Source: an uncultured Anaerolineales bacterium
Lineage (GTDB): Bacteria > Chloroflexota > Anaerolineae > B4-G1 > SLSP01
NCBI GenBank assembly: GCA_964612845.1
Contig: CAZTEO010000001.1
Coordinates: forward strand, 2,933 to 66,932
Reading direction: 5' to 3'
Length of the DNA stretch: 64,000 bases
Both the position numbers and the translations under genes were made by a program. Under the pieces are notes generated by a model. The model was not told where the DNA came from, did no database searches, and worked only from the letters and a program-made list of their open reading frames with translations. Shown here piece after piece: positions 9,041-16,850 of this stretch; the first letter of the stretch is position 1, and every line of letters starts with the position of its first letter.

Positions 9041-10246
9041 TCACTCCCACAATGTGCCGTAGGTAGCAAGCCGATTGTACTCTGTCTCCAAATCCCCCAG
9101 CACTTCACCGAGACGCGATTCATCTATCTCTCCTGAGTCAAGTTTGATATTCTGCAACCTGCCTTCGTGAAGCATATAAGCTACAACCTTTTCCGGGTTC
9201 AACTGCACCTCAGCTTCAGGAACACGCTCTAATCCCTCTTTTTCTGCCAACTTCTTATATGCTAATATAAGATTATTCAAAGCATACATTACCGTTAGCG
9301 AGTGCGTAGTGATCGTGACGTAGAAACCTTGATTCACAAGATAGGCCAGAATCTTGACCATTGCCACTTGAGCATTAGGATGCAAATGGATCTCCGGTTC
9401 CTCCACATGTAGAAAGAAGGGTAGTTGAATCCGTCCATCACGAAGCCACGAAAACAGAACTTCTCCCAATAAAACCAAGGGCCAGTTCGCTTTCTGTCCC
9501 GAAGACGCCATGTCGATATCAACTAATTTCTCTTCGTGCTCACCTTGGAAAATCCACTTCCAGCGATCTCCCGCGCGCGCAACTTCGCCCCCCAGTTCAG
9601 GCCAAATATGATGATGAATCCAGGCACCTTCTAGCGTACCAGGCACACCATTCTCCCAACGCTGGCTAAAGACGTCACCGGCACTTTCAATGGCATCTGC
9701 AAAAAGTCGCAATGTGCTGGGAACTGGCAACAAGTCCCAAACGGAAGGGCCACGTGCATGGGAATAAAGCATCCGTTCAGCAGGCACAAAGAGCGCGCGT
9801 CCTGGCGGATAGATCGATTCTCCCTGGCGGATATCCGTGACAGTTTCACACAAGGATTTATATGCATTCACACGACGATTTCTAGTCTCCATGCTGAATC
9901 CTAGGGTTTTCCGTCCGCTTTCCACACCTTGATACTTCACTGCGGTGGAGGGATCTGCAAAAACAGCAAACGCCCGATCCCGACTACGCAGCTCATCCAA
10001 TATCCAACGGACTAGGTCTTTTTCCGAAACGGTTCGATCTCTCGCTTGAGCAAATGCATCATAATAGCGCACCAGATACAGGAGATCGCGGAAGAAGTAC
10101 AAGACCTGGCTAAGCAAGGATTTACCCGTGCCTTGACCACCAATCAAAACCGTTAACGGACGTATTTCAATTCTATTAGTCTCTTGCAACGGCCCCAATT
10201 TCCCACGTTTAATCTGAATTGTCTCAAACCGTTTCGATTTCATCAT
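9041..10246 (-). CDS. ABC/SMC-like AAA_21/AAA_15-type ATPase (OLD/AriA/PtuA-class ATPase fold)
   Basis: Walker A LIGGQGTGKSLL, signature-like MASSGQKANWPL, Walker B/D-loop FFLHVEEPEIHLHP and H-loop ITTHS. About 200 aa are inserted between Walker A and the signature. GAGGT overlaps the stop of the upstream gene. Low GC. Confidence 0.8.
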   Translation of the reverse strand: MMKSKRFETIQIKRGKLGPLQETNRIEIRPLTVLIGGQGTGKSLLSQVLYFFRDLLYLVRYYDAFAQARDRTVSEKDLVRWILDELRSRDRAFAVFADPSTAVKYQGVESGRKTLGFSMETRNRRVNAYKSLCETVTDIRQGESIYPPGRALFVPAERMLYSHARGPSVWDLLPVPSTLRLFADAIESAGDVFSQRWENGVPGTLEGAWIHHHIWPELGGEVARAGDRWKWIFQGEHEEKLVDIDMASSGQKANWPLVLLGEVLFSWLRDGRIQLPFFLHVEEPEIHLHPNAQVAMVKILAYLVNQGFYVTITTHSLTVMYALNNLILAYKKLAEKEGLERVPEAEVQLNPEKVVAYMLHEGRLQNIKLDSGEIDESRLGEVLGDLETEYNRLATYGTLWE

Positions 10247-10251
10247 TTACC

Positions 10252-10782
10252 TCACACAAAGACAATCAGGACAAAGGCGAAGGCCACCGCCACGCCAACA
10301 AAGAGAGGCGGACCAGCCAGCCATTCGGTTATCAAATTCTGCGAAAAGGTCAATGGGATGCTCTCCCCTGGCGCTGTGATTTTCCAGATGTTATAGCCAA
10401 GCTGTTCCAAAAATCCCCAGACCATGCCTACCACCAGACCGCCATTCAGAACACCCAGGAAAAAGCCCAATAGCGTATCCTGAAACTTATCCTTACGTGC
10501 TTTACCTCCCACGGCTGCGGAGATAACAGGCGTGGCATAACCAAAGATGACAATGGCGACGAATAGAATCATGCGCACATAAAACCAGGTCTCGGCTTCG
10601 TTCGCGGCCAGATTTTGCAGGGCCGAATCGACGCCCGGCACATACGCCCACAAAACAAACTCAATGAATCGCGCCAAGATAACGGCGAACGCGACCAAAA
10701 GCTCCTTCGCCCAGCCGCGAAGCGCCCCAATCAGCCCAAAAAGTAAGACCAGCCCAATGAAGACATTCTCCAAAGGTACCAT
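10252..10782 (-). CDS. CvpA-family (colicin V production-like) membrane protein
   Basis: 176 aa with 4-5 TM. LIGALRGWAKELLVAFAVILA and DTLLGFFLGVLNGGLVVG resemble E. coli CvpA (LIRGFVREALSL, DRVLGVCFGALRGVLIV). Its ATG directly abuts the murG stop. Confidence 0.6.
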   Translation of the reverse strand: MVPLENVFIGLVLLFGLIGALRGWAKELLVAFAVILARFIEFVLWAYVPGVDSALQNLAANEAETWFYVRMILFVAIVIFGYATPVISAAVGGKARKDKFQDTLLGFFLGVLNGGLVVGMVWGFLEQLGYNIWKITAPGESIPLTFSQNLITEWLAGPPLFVGVAVAFAFVLIVFV

Positions 10783-11880
10783 CTATCTGACCTCCCCCAA
10801 GCTGCACAGCAGCTCCGCCAACGTCTCACTTGCATCTGGACGGGCAAGGGCGTGTGCCGCTTTCGCCATGGCGCGTAGACGCTCTATATTCGCCAGCAGC
10901 CCATGAACGGTCGGAACCAACCGCGCCTCTAACTCTGCGTCTTCGATCACAATGGCAGCGCCCCTATCTGATAGCCACTGCGCATTGACTTTCTGGTAGC
11001 GCCAAGCGTAAGGATAGGGCACCAGGACAGACGGCAGACCGAAATACGGAAACTCGCCCAGGATCGACGCGCCCGCACGTGAGACCACCAGGTCCGCTGC
11101 TGCCAGTGCTGCTCCCATCTCTTCGTGTAAATAGGGATACACATGGTAATGGACACGCTGGGTCTCGGGAAGCGCGCCATGCGCCTCCACAATCTCATCC
11201 CAGTCCAGCTGTCCGCTGACGTGAATGACCTCGATCTCCTTGAGAAGCGCCGGAAGATTCGCCAGCACAGCGCGATTGATGGAACGGGCGCCCCGGCTGC
11301 CGCCAAAGACCAGGATCACGGGCGCCGATGCCGGTAGATCCAACGCTCGTCGGCCCGAGGTCCGATCCCAGCGCATGATCTCATCGCGCAAGGGATACCC
11401 GGTGACCTCCACCTTTTCATCCGGCAGAAATTCGCGCGACGCCTCCACTGTGACGCCGACACGCGCCGCCATCCGGGCGACGACTTTGACCGAGAGCGCC
11501 GGCTCGACGTCTGGCAAGAAGACCAAGATCGGGACGCCGCGCCGCCAGGCCGCCAAGGCCACCGGTACGCTGACGTAACCGCCGGTCGTCAACAGCGCAT
11601 CCGGCTGCTCGCGTTCTAACGCGCGCCCAGCTACCCCAATCCCGCGAAGCAGGCGGGGGACATTACGCGCCATCCGCCCCAGTCCGACGCCATGCACGCC
11701 ACCGGCCGGGATATCCACAAAAGGCAAACTCGCCCGTTCGACCAACGCGCGTTCCATGCCGCTCTCTCCGCCGACCCAGGTCAGCGCGATGCCGGGTTCA
11801 ATGTCCCGTAGTGCCTGCGCGACGGCGAGACCCGGATAGACGTGCCCACCAGTCCCGCCACCCACGATCCAGAAATGCAT
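10783..11880 (-). CDS. murG: undecaprenyldiphospho-muramoylpentapeptide beta-N-acetylglucosaminyltransferase
   Basis: MHFWIVGGGTGGHVYPGLAVA N-terminus, VFGGSRGA, GT28 layout. Confidence 0.93.
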   Translation of the reverse strand: MHFWIVGGGTGGHVYPGLAVAQALRDIEPGIALTWVGGESGMERALVERASLPFVDIPAGGVHGVGLGRMARNVPRLLRGIGVAGRALEREQPDALLTTGGYVSVPVALAAWRRGVPILVFLPDVEPALSVKVVARMAARVGVTVEASREFLPDEKVEVTGYPLRDEIMRWDRTSGRRALDLPASAPVILVFGGSRGARSINRAVLANLPALLKEIEVIHVSGQLDWDEIVEAHGALPETQRVHYHVYPYLHEEMGAALAAADLVVSRAGASILGEFPYFGLPSVLVPYPYAWRYQKVNAQWLSDRGAAIVIEDAELEARLVPTVHGLLANIERLRAMAKAAHALARPDASETLAELLCSLGEVR

Positions 11881-12985
11881 CCCACTCTCCTCGAGGACGT
11901 CCTTGTGAGATACTCAACAACCACCCGACACCGGTCAACGTGACCAACATCTGCGAGCCGCCATAGGTGAAGAACGGCAGCGCGGTTCCGGTGAACGGGA
12001 CGAGACCAATCATGACCATCACATTCAAGATAGCCTCGGTAACAATCATCGTAGTCACCCCAAAGGCCAACAGTGAACCGAAGGGGTCCGCTGTCTCCAG
12101 AGCAATACGGTAGCCGCGATATGCAAAAAGTCCGAAAAGGGCCAGCACGGTCAACGTGCCTAATAGTCCCAATTCCTCTCCGACAACGGCAAAGATTGTG
12201 TCGGTATGCGGAAAGGGCAGATAACCGGCTTTCAAGCGCCCGTTGCCAACGCCCAACCCAAAAATCCCTCCCTCGGCAATAGCCATCACAGAACGATACC
12301 CGTGGTAAGACATATCCGCCATATCCCGCAATGTCGCCACGTAGTTGACCAACCGGTTCCGTGCATGGGGCAAGCGCCAGGCCAACAACGCAAAGGTCAC
12401 CCCGGCGATGATGACAAACAGGAATATCTGAACAGGATCACCGCCTGCAAAGAAAAACATCATCAGGGCAGTTAGGGCCAGCAGCAACGCCGTGCTGAGA
12501 TCCGGCTGCAGGGCAATGAGACTGGCCACGACGCCCGTAATCACAGCGAAGGGCACTAATCCATAGCGCACCTGTCCCAACTGTTCGCCTTTTGACGCCA
12601 GCCAAGCTGCGATATAGAGCATGGCGACGAGCCGAGCCAACACACCCGGCTGTACCGAGAGCCCAAACACCAGAAACGAACGCTGTGCTCCCAAGCGTGG
12701 TTCGCCCAAAATAAGTACGATAACTAGCAGCAACAAAGTTATCAACATCAGTGGTGTCGCCAGGCGCTGCAAGAACGTGTAAGGTACGTAAATCATAGCC
12801 ACCATGATGACAACGCCCAATGCCGCCCAGAGCAGCTGCTTGTTCCAGAACGAGGTGCCTTGCGGCACGTAGAAAGTTGCGCTGTACGTCATCAGTAGAC
12901 CGAAGGATAGCAACGCCAGCAACGTCACCACCAACAGAGAATCCACTGAGGATAACGGATGTTTTTGTGCGCCACGTCTCTTCAT
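11798..12985 (-). CDS. ftsW: SEDS peptidoglycan glycosyltransferase FtsW
   Basis: Polytopic membrane protein with the SEDS motif LPFPHTDTIFAVVGEELG. Its 3' end overlaps murG by 83 nt. Confidence 0.9.
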   Translation of the reverse strand: MKRRGAQKHPLSSVDSLLVVTLLALLSFGLLMTYSATFYVPQGTSFWNKQLLWAALGVVIMVAMIYVPYTFLQRLATPLMLITLLLLVIVLILGEPRLGAQRSFLVFGLSVQPGVLARLVAMLYIAAWLASKGEQLGQVRYGLVPFAVITGVVASLIALQPDLSTALLLALTALMMFFFAGGDPVQIFLFVIIAGVTFALLAWRLPHARNRLVNYVATLRDMADMSYHGYRSVMAIAEGGIFGLGVGNGRLKAGYLPFPHTDTIFAVVGEELGLLGTLTVLALFGLFAYRGYRIALETADPFGSLLAFGVTTMIVTEAILNVMVMIGLVPFTGTALPFFTYGGSQMLVTLTGVGWLLSISQGRPRGEWDAFLDRGWRDWWARLSGSRRRAGTTGH

Positions 12986-14385
12986 TTAACACCTTTTTCT
13001 TCAATCTGTGAGGGTTCCAACGCATGCACCAGGGCTCTAAAACGCTCGCCCCGTTCGGCAAAATCACGGAATGCATCAAAACTAGTTCCACCGGGCGAGA
13101 GCAAAACCACATCATGGGCTTGCACTCGCTGGGTCGCAGCATCAACAGCCTGAGCCAACGTATTTGCCCGGACGACTTCTTTCAGCGTGCCGATGCGCCC
13201 CACCCCGTCCCAAACTCGGCGGACGTGACCCGCAATCAGATCCATGGCTTCACCGAAGAGGATCAAGACACGCACCCGCTCCACGACACGGCGCGCGAAG
13301 GTCTCCCACGGCAAATCTTTGTCCCGCCCGCCAGCCAACAAAATCAGAGGCTCATCAAAAGCATCCAGCGCAGCCAGTACTCGCTCCGGCGCGGTCGCAA
13401 TGGAGTCGTTGACCCAGAGCGCCTGATGCCAGCACCGTACCTCTTCCAAACGGTGCTCAACGCCGGTGAAGGTCTCGATGGCGCGCCGCATGGCTGCGAC
13501 CGGCACATCCAACGTGTCGGCAAGCGCGATAGCCGCGAGCGTGTTCAGCACGTTATGGTAACCGCGCAAGCGGAGATCGTCGCGTTCACAGACGCGCTCA
13601 CAATGCCCCCCGCGACAGACAGCGAGCGTGTCATCGATAAGACAGGCTCCCTCGTCAATGTGCGCTTCGCCGCTGAAATACCGGACCTGTGCCGGCGTCT
13701 GATCCGCCAGCGCCCGCGCATTTGGTTCATCGTAGCCCAACACGGCGACATCGTCGCCGCTCTGATGCGCCACAATGTTTGCCTTCGCCTCGATGTACAC
13801 TTCCATCGTCTTGTGACGATCCAAATGGTTGGGCGTGATATTGAGCACGCCCGCCACATGCGGGCTGATATCCATCAGCTCCAGCTGGAAGCTGGAGAGC
13901 TCCATCACAACACGATCCCCCAATGCGATTCTCTCCAGATCGCCGATAAGGGGATTGCCGATGTTCCCGCCAACCCACGTCGTGTACCCAGCCTCCTCAG
14001 CCATCTTCCCCACCAGCGAGGTCGTAGTTGTCTTGCCAGCCGAGCCTGTAATCCCCAACACCGGGGGCTGACAGCGATACAGAAACTCCTGTGCATCGTT
14101 ACTCAAAGGGATGCCGCGCTGCTGCGCTTCTTTGATCAAGGGCAGATCAGCCGGCACGCCTCCACTCAGGCAGAGGAGATCAGATCCATCCAGCAGATCC
14201 AACGGATGCTCGCCCAAGACGTAGTTGATGTTCAGATCCGAGAGCTCCTCCATCTCCGACTGCAGTTCAGGCGGCAATCGCAGATCCGAGATCGTCACGT
14301 CGGCACCCTGCTCGGCGAAAAAGCGTGCCAACGCTTTCCCCTGCCGTGCCAGACCCAGAATGACAACCCTCTCAACGTCTCTCAT
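12982..14385 (-). CDS. murD: UDP-N-acetylmuramoylalanine--D-glutamate ligase
   Basis: VVILGLARQGKALARFF Rossmann N-terminus and P-loop GITGSAGKTTTTSL. ATGA overlap with ftsW. Confidence 0.93.
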   Translation of the reverse strand: MRDVERVVILGLARQGKALARFFAEQGADVTISDLRLPPELQSEMEELSDLNINYVLGEHPLDLLDGSDLLCLSGGVPADLPLIKEAQQRGIPLSNDAQEFLYRCQPPVLGITGSAGKTTTTSLVGKMAEEAGYTTWVGGNIGNPLIGDLERIALGDRVVMELSSFQLELMDISPHVAGVLNITPNHLDRHKTMEVYIEAKANIVAHQSGDDVAVLGYDEPNARALADQTPAQVRYFSGEAHIDEGACLIDDTLAVCRGGHCERVCERDDLRLRGYHNVLNTLAAIALADTLDVPVAAMRRAIETFTGVEHRLEEVRCWHQALWVNDSIATAPERVLAALDAFDEPLILLAGGRDKDLPWETFARRVVERVRVLILFGEAMDLIAGHVRRVWDGVGRIGTLKEVVRANTLAQAVDAATQRVQAHDVVLLSPGGTSFDAFRDFAERGERFRALVHALEPSQIEEKGVK

Positions 14386-14414
14386 CAGAAATCAACCGTC
14401 CTCACATGTCTGTG

Positions 14415-15419
14415 CTAGATCAGTGCCAACGCAACACCGGACATCGACGCGAGCAGCGCTACCAGCCAGAATCGTTGAACCACCTGTGTCTCCGACCATC
14501 CCAAAAGCTCAAAATGGTGGTGCAACGGCGCCATCTTGAACACACGACGCCCTTCACCATGCTTCCGTTTGGTAAGCTTGAAGTACGAGATTTGCAAGAT
14601 CACCGACAGTGTCTCCGCTACCGGGACCAACATAACCACGGGCAAAATCAACCACTGACCACTCATAAGCGCCACCGCGCCCAGTGTTGCTCCCAGCGCC
14701 AGCGATCCGGTATCCCCCATAAAGAGTTCGGCGGGATGGGCGTTATACCAGAGAAAGGCAAAGGACGCCCCCACAACGGTAAAACAGAAGCGAACCAGGT
14801 AAATCTGTCCCTGCAACTGGGCGATCACGCCGTACGCGGCAAAGGCGCTTGCCATGATAATGCCCGCCAGGCCATCCAAACCATCCGTCAGGTTTGCCGC
14901 GTTTGCAGACCCGATCATAACGAACATCGCTATCGGAATATAGAGCAATCCCATATCGATTTTGTCAGCAATACCTGGAATCGCAATGCTGTGAATATCT
15001 AAAACGTAGTAAATGACCAGCGCAACGAGGAGGGTGAAAACCAGCTCCAACTGCATCTTGAACCGCGCAGTGAACCCCTCACCCCGGCGTACGCCGCGAA
15101 CTCCCGCCAGGTCGTCGAGGGCGCCCAATACGCCATACGCCCCCATCACACCTAGCGGGACCAATATCGAGCGCCCAATCACCGTCTGACCCAAAAGATT
15201 GTAGACGTTGAGCGCCAGGGTGATGAGCAAGACGGGAATGGTGATCAGTACTCCCCCCATCGTCGGGGTGCCCATCTTGGTAAAGTGCTCGTCTGGTCCA
15301 TCTATGCGAATACGTTTTCCAATTTTCCAATGCCGCAAGAGGCTGAGATAAGGTCGCCCCCAGAATACCACCATGAGAAATGAGATACCTGCTAGCACAA
15401 GCGCGAATCCCACAGTCAA
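14415..15419 (-). CDS. mraY: phospho-N-acetylmuramoyl-pentapeptide transferase
   Basis: GTPTMGGVLI, NLTDGLDGLA, MAPLHHHFE motifs. Confidence 0.95.
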   Translation of the reverse strand: MTVGFALVLAGISFLMVVFWGRPYLSLLRHWKIGKRIRIDGPDEHFTKMGTPTMGGVLITIPVLLITLALNVYNLLGQTVIGRSILVPLGVMGAYGVLGALDDLAGVRGVRRGEGFTARFKMQLELVFTLLVALVIYYVLDIHSIAIPGIADKIDMGLLYIPIAMFVMIGSANAANLTDGLDGLAGIIMASAFAAYGVIAQLQGQIYLVRFCFTVVGASFAFLWYNAHPAELFMGDTGSLALGATLGAVALMSGQWLILPVVMLVPVAETLSVILQISYFKLTKRKHGEGRRVFKMAPLHHHFELLGWSETQVVQRFWLVALLASMSGVALALI

Positions 15420-16834
15420 GCCCCTCTCTGTAGCCGGGCCACAATATTTTCCATCTGCAAAGCCCGCGACCCCTTGACCAGAATCACGTCATCCGGCTGT
15501 AAGAGCCCCTCGATCAGGGAGATCGCGGCGTCGTTGTCCTCCACCACGTGGATCTGCTCGCGAGGCAATCCACAGAGCCGCGCGCCCCGCGCCAACAACT
15601 CCGCCAGATCGCCCACGACGACCAGATGCTTGACCACAACCGCTGCTCGACAGCCCACTTTCAGATGGCCCTCTTCTTCGTAATCTCCCAGTTCCAGCAT
15701 ATCTCCCAGAACGGCGATTTTGCGCCCTTCCAAATCCTCCAGCAGATTCAATGCCGCCAGCGCTGAGGGGGGACTGGAGTTATACGTATCATCCAGGATC
15801 AGCGAACCGTGCGGGCCAGGAACGGAAACGAGACGAAGCTGAGCTCCAGTCGCCCGTAGCCCCTCCGCAATCTCCTGCCAGGTGAGACCTTCGACAAGCC
15901 CCACAGCCGCGGATCGCAGGACCGTATGGACGCTGTGTCGCCCCAACATGGGCACACGCAGATACAAATGCTCCTTCTCATAGTGCAAACGCACACGAAT
16001 ACCGTCCAACCCCAAGCTTTCCACGTCATCCGCCCAGAGATCGGCCTCCGGTGAAAGGCCGTAGAAGAAAATCTGGGCCTCCGTCGCGTCCACCATCGCC
16101 CGGATACGCTCATCGTCGTAGTTTAGAATAGCCATGCCCTCTGGCGCTGGCGGTAGAGCCTCGACCAGTTCCCGCTTGCCAAGTGCGATATTTTCGATGC
16201 TACCGGCACGTTCCGCATGGACCGGTTCGATGTTCGTTAGCACGCCCATCTGGGGACGGGCGATCTGGGCCAAGGCGCAGATATCACCGCGCACATACAT
16301 GCCCATCTCCAAGACCACGTATTCATGCTCACTAGTCAACTGTAACAACGTGAGAGGCAGACCAATCTCATTGTTGTAAGAGCCTTGACTATGTAATACA
16401 CGGTACCGCCGCTCCAGCACCCGGCTGATGACTTCTTTGGTGGTCGTCTTCCCCACACTGCCGGTCACGCCGATGATGCGCGTATCAAATTGCTCGCGCC
16501 AGAACGTCGCCGCTTGCTGCAATGCCTGCAACACGCTGGGAACGCGGATCAAGAGCGGCGTTGCAACCATCGCGGGGAACGCGCCGTTGGTCACATCCAC
16601 CACCGGTACATCAAGTTCCACGTCGCGCTCTACAACCGCAGCTACTGCACCGCGCGAGAAGGCATCTTCAACGTAGTCGTGCCCGTCCACATGCTCGCCC
16701 TTGAAGGCAAAGAACACGGACGTATTCTCAGCCTCACGAGAGTCCAGAATAGGGCAGACGGGCATCTCCAACCCATCTGGTCGACCACCCATCAGTCCTT
16801 CTATTAAATCTGCTAACGTCAAACGCTTCATCAT
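15416..16834 (-). CDS. murF: UDP-N-acetylmuramoyl-tripeptide--D-alanyl-D-alanine ligase
   Basis: GVTGSVGKTTTKEV P-loop and the MurF hallmark SYNNEIGLPLTLL. 4-nt overlap with mraY. Confidence 0.9.
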   Translation of the reverse strand: MMKRLTLADLIEGLMGGRPDGLEMPVCPILDSREAENTSVFFAFKGEHVDGHDYVEDAFSRGAVAAVVERDVELDVPVVDVTNGAFPAMVATPLLIRVPSVLQALQQAATFWREQFDTRIIGVTGSVGKTTTKEVISRVLERRYRVLHSQGSYNNEIGLPLTLLQLTSEHEYVVLEMGMYVRGDICALAQIARPQMGVLTNIEPVHAERAGSIENIALGKRELVEALPPAPEGMAILNYDDERIRAMVDATEAQIFFYGLSPEADLWADDVESLGLDGIRVRLHYEKEHLYLRVPMLGRHSVHTVLRSAAVGLVEGLTWQEIAEGLRATGAQLRLVSVPGPHGSLILDDTYNSSPPSALAALNLLEDLEGRKIAVLGDMLELGDYEEEGHLKVGCRAAVVVKHLVVVGDLAELLARGARLCGLPREQIHVVEDNDAAISLIEGLLQPDDVILVKGSRALQMENIVARLQRGA

Positions 16835-16850
16835 CTCCGTCCCAAATTCT

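Noticed and set aside
8360-10246. Calling the low-GC cassette a mobile element, prophage remnant or IS
   Set aside because: I saw no integrase, transposase, recombinase, tRNA target, terminal inverted repeats or flanking direct repeats at 8340..8365 or 10240..10260. Only the composition and context argue for horizontal origin.
12438-13145. 235-aa ORF on the - strand spanning the ftsW/murD junction
   Set aside because: It is out of frame with both ftsW and murD, which already account for the region with canonical motifs.
13024-14418. 464-aa ORF on the + strand
   Set aside because: It is the antisense shadow of murD, which is identified by the GITGSAGKTTTTSL P-loop and its operon context. No recognisable domain.
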